A stretch of 26,441 nucleotides of DNA from an uncultured Anaerolineae bacterium (lineage in GTDB: Bacteria > Chloroflexota > Anaerolineae > Aggregatilineales > JAFGMM01). Position numbers and translations under genes: made by a program. This document shows positions 15,258-23,627 of the stretch, in pieces; the first letter of the stretch is position 1; each line of letters opens with the position of its first letter. The stretch covers positions 1-26,441 of the forward strand of contig CAZJBO010000001.1 of assembly GCA_964544075.1 (NCBI GenBank). The letters run 5' to 3'. The notes under the pieces were generated by a model, which did not search any database, was not told where the DNA came from, and worked only from the letters and a program-made list of their open reading frames with translations.

Positions 15258-16016
15258 CTAAACCTTGCGCGCGATAATCATTGTGCTGAAGTTAAATGCC
15301 CAGGGCAGCACACGCTTTAGGGCAGCGCCCAGCCGCTCGGCAAGCGCGGAGGTCTGATAGTAACCCGGTGCGCGGAACGGCCCGCCCAGCCCCCACAGTG
15401 TGAAGCTGTGCGCGGTAGGCATACTCAACACGACCTCAAAACCGGCCTGCCGTACATAGCGCTCTAGTGCACGGCGCGTGTAAGTGGTCTCGTAAAAGTC
15501 TTCTTGCGTGCGCGCCGTCTTCCCCGCGCAGCGGCGGCGCAGCCGGATCAGGCGCTGTACCACGTTGGGGTAAGGGATGGTGAGCACCATCACACCGCCG
15601 ACGCACAGCACCCTATGTGCCTCCACGAGCGCCGGCATGGGGCCATGCGGGAAGTGTTCGAGCACCCCGTACGAGAGGTAGCCGCCCATACTGGCGTCGG
15701 CGTAGGGCAGCGCGTGGATATCACCCACATGCAAGGGCAGCGTCGGGTTGTGCGCCCGTGCTTTATGCAAGACCGCCTCCACATAGTCCAGGCCGACCAC
15801 GTTTAAGCCCTGTGCGCGCAGATATTCCACCACCACAGACATACCACACCCCGCCTCCAAGATGATCTGGTCACGCGGCAGGTAGGGGATGAACACTCTG
15901 AAGTATTCCTGTGCGCGCCGATACATGAGCGTCTTGCGCTCCTGCTCCATTGAGGCCGCGTCCCAAATCTCGTCCCATGCATCTTGGGTAGAGTGGTAAA
16001 GTGTGTCGTCATCCAT
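15258..16016 (-). CDS. class I SAM-dependent methyltransferase (Methyltransf_11-like)
   Basis: ILEAGCG, VVGLDY, GDIHALPY, GVLEHF, RVLCVGGVMVLTIP. The start overlaps the upstream GT stop (TGATG). Confidence 0.88.
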   Translation of the reverse strand: MDDDTLYHSTQDAWDEIWDAASMEQERKTLMYRRAQEYFRVFIPYLPRDQIILEAGCGMSVVVEYLRAQGLNVVGLDYVEAVLHKARAHNPTLPLHVGDIHALPYADASMGGYLSYGVLEHFPHGPMPALVEAHRVLCVGGVMVLTIPYPNVVQRLIRLRRRCAGKTARTQEDFYETTYTRRALERYVRQAGFEVVLSMPTAHSFTLWGLGGPFRAPGYYQTSALAERLGAALKRVLPWAFNFSTMIIARKV

Positions 16017-17134
16017 CAGGCTTGCTCCAACAGTTCCAGCAAACGCGCCGTACGGTGCGCGTAAGTATGTTCGGCATAGGCGCGCGCTTGCCCGGCGGCA
16101 GCGACCCCGGCGCGTGCGCGCGTGTTCTCCAGGTAATAGCCTACCAGCTCGCGCAGATGGCGGGGGTCACGATAGGTGATGATCTCCTTCCCTACCTCGA
16201 ACCACTGCGCCACGCCCGGCAGCGCGTCGGCGATCTGGAATGCGCCGCAGCCCGAAGCCTCGAACAAACGCATGTTGCCGCCCCAGCGCATAAAGTCGCC
16301 GTGTGGGTTGACGACGATCTTTGCCGCGCACGTGATGCGCAGCATATCCGTGCCGAGCGCTTTGCCCCGATAGAAGGGGCGCAGACTCGCCGGGACCGGG
16401 TGCACGCTCCATATGCCCAAGTCAAGGTCACGCAGCGCTTCCAGTGCGCGCACACGGCGGCTGTACAGCGCCTCCGGCAACAGCGTGCCCACGAAGGCGA
16501 CATCACAGCCGTAAGCGGCGCGGTCCGCATCGCTCAGCGCGTAGGCATAGTGAAAGTCCGGCGCGCAAGCCGAATAGGGCAGGGCTTCGGCGCGGGGCGT
16601 GCCAAGCTCAAGCCACTGCACCGCGTGATAGAAGTCGTTGGTCACGGCCAGATCATAGAGGCGCGCCGCTTTGCGCTCGTTCGGCAGCGCGAAGACCACC
16701 GGCGAAACCCCAGTGTTATACATCAGCCGCGCGCCTAAAGCCTTTATCGCGACGAGCGTGTCGGGCAAGATAATGTTCGTGCCGCCCACCACCCATACCC
16801 AGTCCGGGCGGAGGCGGCGCACCTGTGCGACAAGACGGCGGTTGCGCGCCATATACTCAAGGCTCAGGCGTGGGAAGCGCTGTAGGCCGGCGCGCAGCAT
16901 CCCGCCCACGCTGCCGCCGAACTCGTTCAGCCGGAGCAGCGCACGCCCCCCGAAAAGCACGTTCGCGGTGAAGTGAAACGCGCTCACCTCATGCCCAAGC
17001 GCGCGCAGCTCACGCACATAAAAGTACTGCGACTGCGTGGGTGGGAAGAGCGGCGGCGCGTCCGGCGGTGCGGCACGGAGCGCGCGCGCATACGCCGCGT
17101 GGTGGTGGATGGGGCCGACGATTAAAAAACGCAT
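16016..17134 (-). CDS. CgeB-family (Glyco_trans_1_2-like) GT-B glycosyltransferase
   Basis: DVAFVGT, YSRRVRAL, KIVVNPH, NMRLFEASGCGAF, HTYAHR. Start placed at MRFLIVGP. Confidence 0.82.
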   Translation of the reverse strand: MRFLIVGPIHHHAAYARALRAAPPDAPPLFPPTQSQYFYVRELRALGHEVSAFHFTANVLFGGRALLRLNEFGGSVGGMLRAGLQRFPRLSLEYMARNRRLVAQVRRLRPDWVWVVGGTNIILPDTLVAIKALGARLMYNTGVSPVVFALPNERKAARLYDLAVTNDFYHAVQWLELGTPRAEALPYSACAPDFHYAYALSDADRAAYGCDVAFVGTLLPEALYSRRVRALEALRDLDLGIWSVHPVPASLRPFYRGKALGTDMLRITCAAKIVVNPHGDFMRWGGNMRLFEASGCGAFQIADALPGVAQWFEVGKEIITYRDPRHLRELVGYYLENTRARAGVAAAGQARAYAEHTYAHRTARLLELLEQA

Positions 17135-17182
17135 GTAAGCAAACCCGTTCCGCTCGCTGCCGAGCACATGATTTAACCCGCA

Positions 17183-18643
17183 TTATTTGCGCAGATACGC
17201 CAAATCCTCGCGGCGCAGCGCGCCTAGCGCCACAAGCCCTACCAAGTATGCCAACGCCGCCGCGCATATCGTCAGCAACACCCCCAAATCCCACGTGCTC
17301 GTCCCTACGCGCAGCATGATGTCTACATCGGGCATGAACACGCACACCAAAACCAGCGGCAGCAGCGCCAGCAGCGTGTGCGGCAGGTATGCCCCCAGGT
17401 GCAGCCGGGGCAAGCGTGCCCGCAGCCACCAGGCCATCAGCCCATTCACCGCCACCTGCACAACACAGATCGCCAGCGCCGGCCCCACATAGCCAAAAGC
17501 GGCCACCATCAGCACCGTGAGCACGACCATCATGGCGGCGCTGAGGGCACGCAGCCACAACACGCGCTGCTGCTGCCCCTCGATGACGAGCAGTTTTGTG
17601 AACAAATTGCCGGGGAACATCGGCACAAGGCTCATAAGCAGCAGCGCCAGCACCGCGCCCGATTTGGGATAGCTGCCCCGATAGAGCGCATCGATAAGCG
17701 CGTCTGAGGTCAACAGCCCGCCCACCGCCAACGGCAAGCTGAGCAATATCATGCCATAGACCAGCTTCTCCAACAATTTATCGAGCGCGGCGGGGTCGGC
17801 TTTATAGTAACGCGCCAGCGTGGGGTAGCTGCCGACCACTATCGGCGTGCTGATGACCTCGATGATGGTCATGTAGAGCATATACGCCACACCATACCAA
17901 GCCACCGGCGCCGTGCCCATCATCTTACCCAAGATGAGCTTATCCGCCTGCATATACACCAGGCCCAGCGCCGCGCTCAGCCCCAAGGGGAAGCCCTCGC
18001 GGAGCAGGTAGCGGGTCTGGGCGAAGCTGGCGTCGCGCAAGCCGGGCCGAAAGCGCAGCAGCATCACCGCGCCGCCCACCAGCAGCGCCACTACACCGCT
18101 CGCTACCAGCGCCCAGAAGACCCCCTCCAGCCCAAAGCCGGACGCCATCAACACGAAGCCACCCACGATGAATGTGAGGTGCGAGACAAGCTCGACCGCA
18201 GCCGCCGCGCCCATCTCCTCCATCGCCTGCAAGCCCTGCACCGGCACCATCCCGACCGCTTGTGTCAGCAGACCAAATCCGGCGAGTGCGAACAGACGTG
18301 CCGGGGTTTCTGGATAGATCAGCACGCCCAAAGGTACCAAGACTGCGAAGGCTAGGGCCGCCAACGCAGCCTTAGCCAAGAGGCTGTTGAACAGATAGGC
18401 GCGCGTCTTACTGTGGTCGGCGGCCACGTCGCGTATGACGACCAGGCCGATCCCCATGTCGGGCATCAGCGCGAAGAGCGCCACAAACGCCCGCACGATG
18501 GTATACACGCCGAAGTCTTCGGCGCCGAGCGCGGGCGCAAGGTAGACGGTCCAGCCGGCGGAGAGCGCATAGAGCACAAGCCGTCCGGTGAAGGTGAACG
18601 AAAGATTGCGACCAATGCGCCGCGCTTCGGTGGGTTTATCCAA
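17183..18643 (-). CDS. Wzx-like oligosaccharide flippase (MOP superfamily)
   Basis: RRIGRNLSFT, ALGAEDFGVY, DMGIGLVVIRDVA, ADKLILGKM..TAPVAWY and about 12-14 TM helices. The TTG start overlaps the GT4 stop by 8 nt. Confidence 0.88.
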   Translation of the reverse strand: MDKPTEARRIGRNLSFTFTGRLVLYALSAGWTVYLAPALGAEDFGVYTIVRAFVALFALMPDMGIGLVVIRDVAADHSKTRAYLFNSLLAKAALAALAFAVLVPLGVLIYPETPARLFALAGFGLLTQAVGMVPVQGLQAMEEMGAAAAVELVSHLTFIVGGFVLMASGFGLEGVFWALVASGVVALLVGGAVMLLRFRPGLRDASFAQTRYLLREGFPLGLSAALGLVYMQADKLILGKMMGTAPVAWYGVAYMLYMTIIEVISTPIVVGSYPTLARYYKADPAALDKLLEKLVYGMILLSLPLAVGGLLTSDALIDALYRGSYPKSGAVLALLLMSLVPMFPGNLFTKLLVIEGQQQRVLWLRALSAAMMVVLTVLMVAAFGYVGPALAICVVQVAVNGLMAWWLRARLPRLHLGAYLPHTLLALLPLVLVCVFMPDVDIMLRVGTSTWDLGVLLTICAAALAYLVGLVALGALRREDLAYLRK

Positions 18644-19817
18644 GTAACACAGCCTTGTAGAATGCTTCCAGGCGGTCGAGCACCGCAGACCAAGTAAAGC
18701 GCGCCGCGATAAGCGCGCGCGCTGCTCTGCCCATGCTATCGCGCAGCGCCCTGTCGGTCAACAAGCGCCTAAAAGCCCCTGCCCATGCCGACGCCTCAAG
18801 CGGCAGCACCATACCTGCACCGGTCTCTGCCACCTCCGGCAAATAGCACTGCACGCTCAATAGCAGGGGCAAGCCCGCCGCGCCTGCCTCCAGCGCCGCC
18901 ATCGGCAGCCCCTCACCCACCGCCGCCAGCGCGAAGACGTCCGCCGCCGCCAGTGCCGCGCGCTTATCCTCCCCGTCGAGGTAGCCGGTGAAGATCACCC
19001 GGTCGCGCACCCCTGCCGCATCCGCCAGCGCCGCCAGCGCCGCACGCGCGCCCGCATCCGGCCCTACCAACGCCAGATAGCAGCCCGGCGCATCGCGCAG
19101 CGCTGCGCCGAGGATATGTGCGCCTTTGCGTGGGTGCAGCCGTGCCAGGCAGAGCACCAATAGTGCATCGGGTGGGATGCCGTATCGTGCACGGAAGGTC
19201 GCGCGCGGGGCGGCATCAAAGTCTGCCGGGTGGACGCCGTTGGGTATGGTCGCAATCCGCACGCGCTGCGGCGGCAGCCCCAGCCAATGCCGCAGCCGGC
19301 GGAACTGCGCGGCTTCCTCTGATGTGAGCGCGGCAACTCCCGTGAAGCGCCGTGTGAGAGCATAACCACAGGTCCGGTCCCAAGCGACCTTGACGAGACC
19401 GCGTCCGGTATCGTGTGGCAGTGTGCCGTGCGGCGAGAGGATGCGCGGGATGCCCCGTCGGGCCGCCGGGCCGGTAACGATCAGGTTCTCGACGGTGCGC
19501 AGCTCATGGCAGTGCACCAAATCGAACGCGCCCATCATGGCGCGTGCCGTGCGTGCCATGCCGCGTGGGGTAGAGAGGTTCAAGCGTGCGCTGAGCGTAT
19601 GGCTTCGATTGCGGAAATAGAACACGCGCACCCCCTCCACGTCAACCGGGCCGGGCGCGCCGTCGATGCGTCGGTCAAGGTCGAGCGCATCGGTGGTGAA
19701 GACGGTCACGTCATGCCCGCGCGCTGCCAGCCCGCGCGTAAGCTCATAGGCGACGCGGGCGGTGCCGCCAAAGGTCCAGGCGGGGTAGTAGTGTGGCGTG
19801 ACGTGGAGCAGCTTCAT
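18636..19817 (-). CDS. GT4 family glycosyltransferase
   Basis: KLLHVTPHYYP...GG...GHDVTVFT, LARLHPRKG and EGLPMAALEA (Ex7E). The start may instead be 19847. Confidence 0.9.
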   Translation of the reverse strand: MKLLHVTPHYYPAWTFGGTARVAYELTRGLAARGHDVTVFTTDALDLDRRIDGAPGPVDVEGVRVFYFRNRSHTLSARLNLSTPRGMARTARAMMGAFDLVHCHELRTVENLIVTGPAARRGIPRILSPHGTLPHDTGRGLVKVAWDRTCGYALTRRFTGVAALTSEEAAQFRRLRHWLGLPPQRVRIATIPNGVHPADFDAAPRATFRARYGIPPDALLVLCLARLHPRKGAHILGAALRDAPGCYLALVGPDAGARAALAALADAAGVRDRVIFTGYLDGEDKRAALAAADVFALAAVGEGLPMAALEAGAAGLPLLLSVQCYLPEVAETGAGMVLPLEASAWAGAFRRLLTDRALRDSMGRAARALIAARFTWSAVLDRLEAFYKAVLLG

Positions 19818-19863
19818 AGTTTCATATGCTATGTTTCGCGGTTTCATGTTATGCTTCGACATG

Positions 19864-19950
19864 GTAACTGCTCGGCCTGAGCGAGCCGGCTAGCGGTATT
19901 GGGCGAACGTCATGCGCTAGGCGCAAAGGCAGAACCGGCTGGGTAGTTAC
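19864..19950. mobile_element. 87-bp MITE (non-autonomous, IS66-type ends) with 8-bp target-site duplication
   Basis: Ends are GTAACTGCTCGGCC and the reverse complement GTAACTACCCAGCC (11/14 identical). TCGACATG flanks it exactly at 19856-19863 and 19951-19958. GTAA termini plus an 8-bp DR are the IS66-family hallmark. No coding capacity. Confidence 0.8.
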
Positions 19951-19981
19951 TCGACATGCGGGAGTGTATCACGAATAAGCA

Positions 19982-21814
19982 ATGACACAAAAGCACCATT
20001 TGTTTGTCACCACAAGCATCCTGCTTGTCGCCGCCGTCGCAATCCTCACGCGCGTTGCGGACCTTTCTATGCAGCGCGACGAGGTTTTCTCGGTGCTGCA
20101 CGCCGGTCAAACGCCTGCCCATATCATCGGCGGTATAGATGTCTACTGGCCGCCGGGTTACAACTTGGTGTTGCACTACTGGATGCGCGCTACCGGAGAG
20201 AATGACGTAACGGTGCGGTGGCTCGGTGGGCTGTGCGGGATCGTTGCGATCGCCGGCACCTATCGGGCCGGGCGGCGCTTGCACTCACGGACGGCTGGAT
20301 GGTTGGCGGCGCTGGCCTTCGGCACGTCGGGCTATGCGGTGTACTTCTTCACCGAAGCGCGCGGTTATACCCTCAGCCTGATGCTCATCGCACTGCTGGT
20401 CTGGCTGCATCTGCGCTGGCTGCGCCGCCCCACCGGGCGACGCGCGCTGCCCTATGCGCTGGTGCAAACCCTGCTCGTATACGTCCACTTTGCGAACCTG
20501 GCGGTTATCGCGCTGGCCGGTCTGCACACCTTGATGTGCAAGCCCCGCCGCCTACTACGCTGGCTGGGCATCGTCGCCATAACCGGCATCGCCGGATTGC
20601 CGTTGCTGCCACAGTTCCTTTTGGGCGCACGGCTGCGGAACAAGTTCCTGCACCCCTTCCCCCCCTACTACCGGGTTATCAAACCCGGCGCCATGTACAC
20701 TGCCTACAGCGCCCATCAAGACCTATTGTTTGCGCTCATCGTGCTGACCGGCGGCTTTGGGCTGGCGTGGATGCTCCGGCAAGCTGCGCGGCGGCGGCGG
20801 GCGGCGCTGCTGTGGTTGCTGTGCTGGGGTGTGGGAGTGCCGGTGTTTGCATACCTCACGCGCGTGCAACTGGTCATGTTCACAACGCGCTACTTGGTCT
20901 TCACCATGCCGGCAGTCTTCTTGCTGGTCGGGTGGGGGCTGGCGGCGTTGCCCAAGCCGGGGCGGTGGGCGGGCGGGGCGCTGTTGATCGCGCTGGCGCT
21001 CGCCCCGTGGCAGCCCTTTAGCTTCCGTCTCAAGTACGAGATATTCCCCCCCATCCGTGACCTGGTGCGCGCGATGGCCGAGAAGTTCGAGCCGGGCGAT
21101 GTGATGGTGGTCGATCCCAACCTTAATGACAAGCCGCCTTCGCTGTTCTGGCAATATTTCGAGGCGCTCTACTTCCCCGGCGGGCGCATCCCATACGTTG
21201 AGGATGGCTACGCAGCGGCGGGCAGCCTGTGGTACCTTCGACGTGAAGGCACAGAAGACCCCGCGACACAAGCATCGGTGGCCGAGGGGCGCATCAGGAC
21301 CAACGAGTTCTGGGGGCCGCCCTACTTCATCGCCACGCATTATGAGAAGCCACCGCTCACGCCGGGATACGCGCTGGGCAGCGGAGGGCTGCGCTTCCGT
21401 GGGGCACGCATCACGCCGGCCCCGCCTTATATGCCGGAGACGACGGTACAAGTCGAGACTTGGTGGTCTACCGATGCGCAGCTCCCTCTAGATTATTCTT
21501 TCGGCTTGTTCCTTATCCGCGTGCGCGACGGCACCTTGCACGCCGAGAGCAACGGCGGGCCAAGCGGGGTATATGCCAACCCCCAGACATCGCAGTGGGC
21601 GCCGGACGCGCTCTACCGGGATGACCGCACGATCACGATAGCGTTGGGTATGGACCCGGAGACCTTTGAGATCGAACCCTTCATCCTATGCATTGCGGTT
21701 TATAATTGGCAGGATGGGCAGCGCTTGGTGCCGGAGCCGGGCGCTCCGCAGTATGACAATTGCTTGATCTTGGACCGCTTCGAGATTACATCGTGGGCAG
21801 CATATGAACCGTAA
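19982..21814 (+). CDS. GT-C glycosyltransferase (GT39/PMT_2-like), tandem paralogue 1
   Basis: MQRDEVFSV (DE motif), WPPGYNL, EARGY, many TM helices, C-terminal Ig-like domain (WWSTDAQLPLDYS...SQW...YRDDR). Confidence 0.82.
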   Translation: MTQKHHLFVTTSILLVAAVAILTRVADLSMQRDEVFSVLHAGQTPAHIIGGIDVYWPPGYNLVLHYWMRATGENDVTVRWLGGLCGIVAIAGTYRAGRRLHSRTAGWLAALAFGTSGYAVYFFTEARGYTLSLMLIALLVWLHLRWLRRPTGRRALPYALVQTLLVYVHFANLAVIALAGLHTLMCKPRRLLRWLGIVAITGIAGLPLLPQFLLGARLRNKFLHPFPPYYRVIKPGAMYTAYSAHQDLLFALIVLTGGFGLAWMLRQAARRRRAALLWLLCWGVGVPVFAYLTRVQLVMFTTRYLVFTMPAVFLLVGWGLAALPKPGRWAGGALLIALALAPWQPFSFRLKYEIFPPIRDLVRAMAEKFEPGDVMVVDPNLNDKPPSLFWQYFEALYFPGGRIPYVEDGYAAAGSLWYLRREGTEDPATQASVAEGRIRTNEFWGPPYFIATHYEKPPLTPGYALGSGGLRFRGARITPAPPYMPETTVQVETWWSTDAQLPLDYSFGLFLIRVRDGTLHAESNGGPSGVYANPQTSQWAPDALYRDDRTITIALGMDPETFEIEPFILCIAVYNWQDGQRLVPEPGAPQYDNCLILDRFEITSWAAYEP

Positions 21815-23627
21815 GGACCTTTGCATCACCACACTGATATTGCTCATGGCGGCGGCTTCCATCCTCCCGCACTTGGGCGACCTAACCATGCGTGACGACG
21901 AGCTTTTCTCGGTGTTGCACAGCAGCCGCTCGGTCGAGTTCCTCTTCAAGGACCGTGACCTTACTTGGCCGCCCGGCTACTATCTCATCCTCAACCTATG
22001 GATGCGCGCGGTGGGCATGAACGATGTCGCGGTGCGGCTGTTGGGCGGGCTGGGAGGTGTGCTGGCGGTGGCGTTCATCTACCGGGTGGGGAAGCGGCTG
22101 CACGCGCGTGAGGCAGGATGGCTGGCGGCGCTCGCGTTCGGCACATCGAGCTATGCCGCCTATTTCTTGGTCGAGGCGCGCGGCTATACTCTCTGTATAA
22201 CGCTTGGGGCCGTCATCGCGCTGCTGCACTTGCGTTGGATGGCACGTCCGTGCCGGCGACGCGCAATCCCTTATATGCTGGCGCAAATCTTCGTTATATA
22301 CCTTCACTACACCGGCTGGGTGATTGTCGCTGCCGCCGGCCTGCATGTGCTGCTGAGAGCACCACGCCGCCTCTGGCGCTGGGCCGTCATCATGGGCGTC
22401 ACTGCGCTGACGTTTATGCCGATGGTGCCGCAGTTCCTCGACGGCTCACGCGCACGGGTCGGCACCACCAGCAGCACGCTCACGCTGCTGTATAGAAAGG
22501 AGCCGATCGACCTCTACCGCGCCTACAGCGCCCACGCCGACTTACTGTTGGCGGGGCTGGTGCTTCTTGCGTGCGCCGGTATGGTCTACGCCCGACGCAC
22601 CGCACCGCTCCCAAAGGCCGGTATCGCATGGCTGGCAGCGTGGGGGCTGGGCGTGCCGCTTTTGGCCTACCTCACGAACGCGCAGACCGATATGTTCAAG
22701 CCCCGCTATCTTGCGCTGACCATGCCGGGCGTCTTTCTGCTTCTGGGGCTGGGCTTGGCCCGCTTGCCCCGGTCGAGCCGGGTGTTGGGCGCGGTGATGC
22801 TCTTGGGGGTGGCGCTCATGCCCTGGCAGCCCGGCGACTTCCGCAGCATTGATGACTCTTACGATGTCAAAGGCATGGTGCGTTATCTGGCAAGGAACTT
22901 CGCGCCGGGCGACCGGCTCATCGCAGACCCCGGTTGTGGTCATTGTCGGAACCCGCGCGCCTGGGCATATTACGAAGCGCTCTACTTCCCCGGTGGACGC
23001 ATCCCCCGCGCCGTTGACGGATATGCGGAGGGGAGCGTCTGGTACCTGCTGCGCAAAGGCAGCGAAACCCCCGATATCAAAGCCTCGGTGGAGGCGGGCC
23101 GCATTAGGACGGATGCCTTCTGGGGACCGTGGGATTTTATCGTCACGCGCTACGAGCAAGCGCCGCTCACGCCGGGCTATGCGTTGGGCGATGGCGGTCT
23201 ACACTTCCGAGGCGCTACGCTAAGCCGTCCTCCGGCCTTCGACTTCTCCGCTGCGCCCTTCTACCTGCCCGGCGATACGATCCATGTACAAAGCTGGTGG
23301 TCAACCGACGCGCAGCTTCCGCTCGACTATTCGATCGGGCTATACTTGGTGCAGGCACACAACCAAAAGGTCGAGGCTTCGGTAGATAGCGGACCGGTCG
23401 GCGCGTATGCCGGGGGCCAGACCTCACAGTGGACGCCGGGGATGCTCTATCGCGATACGCGCACGATACAAATCCCCTGGCGCAGCTTTGGCGATTATGA
23501 GTTGTGGATGGCGGTCTATCATTGGGCCGACCAAGTGCGCCTTATGCCGGAGCCGGGCACGCCTCAGGCCCTCGGCGCCGTCGTTATTGGGCGTTTCCGC
23601 GTGGAGTCGTGGGCGGTGTACCGATGA
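21804..23627 (+). CDS. GT-C glycosyltransferase (GT39/PMT_2-like), tandem paralogue 2
   Basis: MRDDELFSV, WPPGYY, EARGY and the same architecture. 11-nt overlap with paralogue 1. Confidence 0.82.
   Translation: MNRKDLCITTLILLMAAASILPHLGDLTMRDDELFSVLHSSRSVEFLFKDRDLTWPPGYYLILNLWMRAVGMNDVAVRLLGGLGGVLAVAFIYRVGKRLHAREAGWLAALAFGTSSYAAYFLVEARGYTLCITLGAVIALLHLRWMARPCRRRAIPYMLAQIFVIYLHYTGWVIVAAAGLHVLLRAPRRLWRWAVIMGVTALTFMPMVPQFLDGSRARVGTTSSTLTLLYRKEPIDLYRAYSAHADLLLAGLVLLACAGMVYARRTAPLPKAGIAWLAAWGLGVPLLAYLTNAQTDMFKPRYLALTMPGVFLLLGLGLARLPRSSRVLGAVMLLGVALMPWQPGDFRSIDDSYDVKGMVRYLARNFAPGDRLIADPGCGHCRNPRAWAYYEALYFPGGRIPRAVDGYAEGSVWYLLRKGSETPDIKASVEAGRIRTDAFWGPWDFIVTRYEQAPLTPGYALGDGGLHFRGATLSRPPAFDFSAAPFYLPGDTIHVQSWWSTDAQLPLDYSIGLYLVQAHNQKVEASVDSGPVGAYAGGQTSQWTPGMLYRDTRTIQIPWRSFGDYELWMAVYHWADQVRLMPEPGTPQALGAVVIGRFRVESWAVYR

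Noticed and set aside
19901-19950. GGGCGAAC...GGCGCAAAG...GTTAC resembles c-di-GMP-I (GEMM) riboswitch words
   Set aside because: There is no GNRA-capped P1 stem between the words and P2 cannot form. The segment lies inside the TIR/TSD-bounded MITE, which explains it better.
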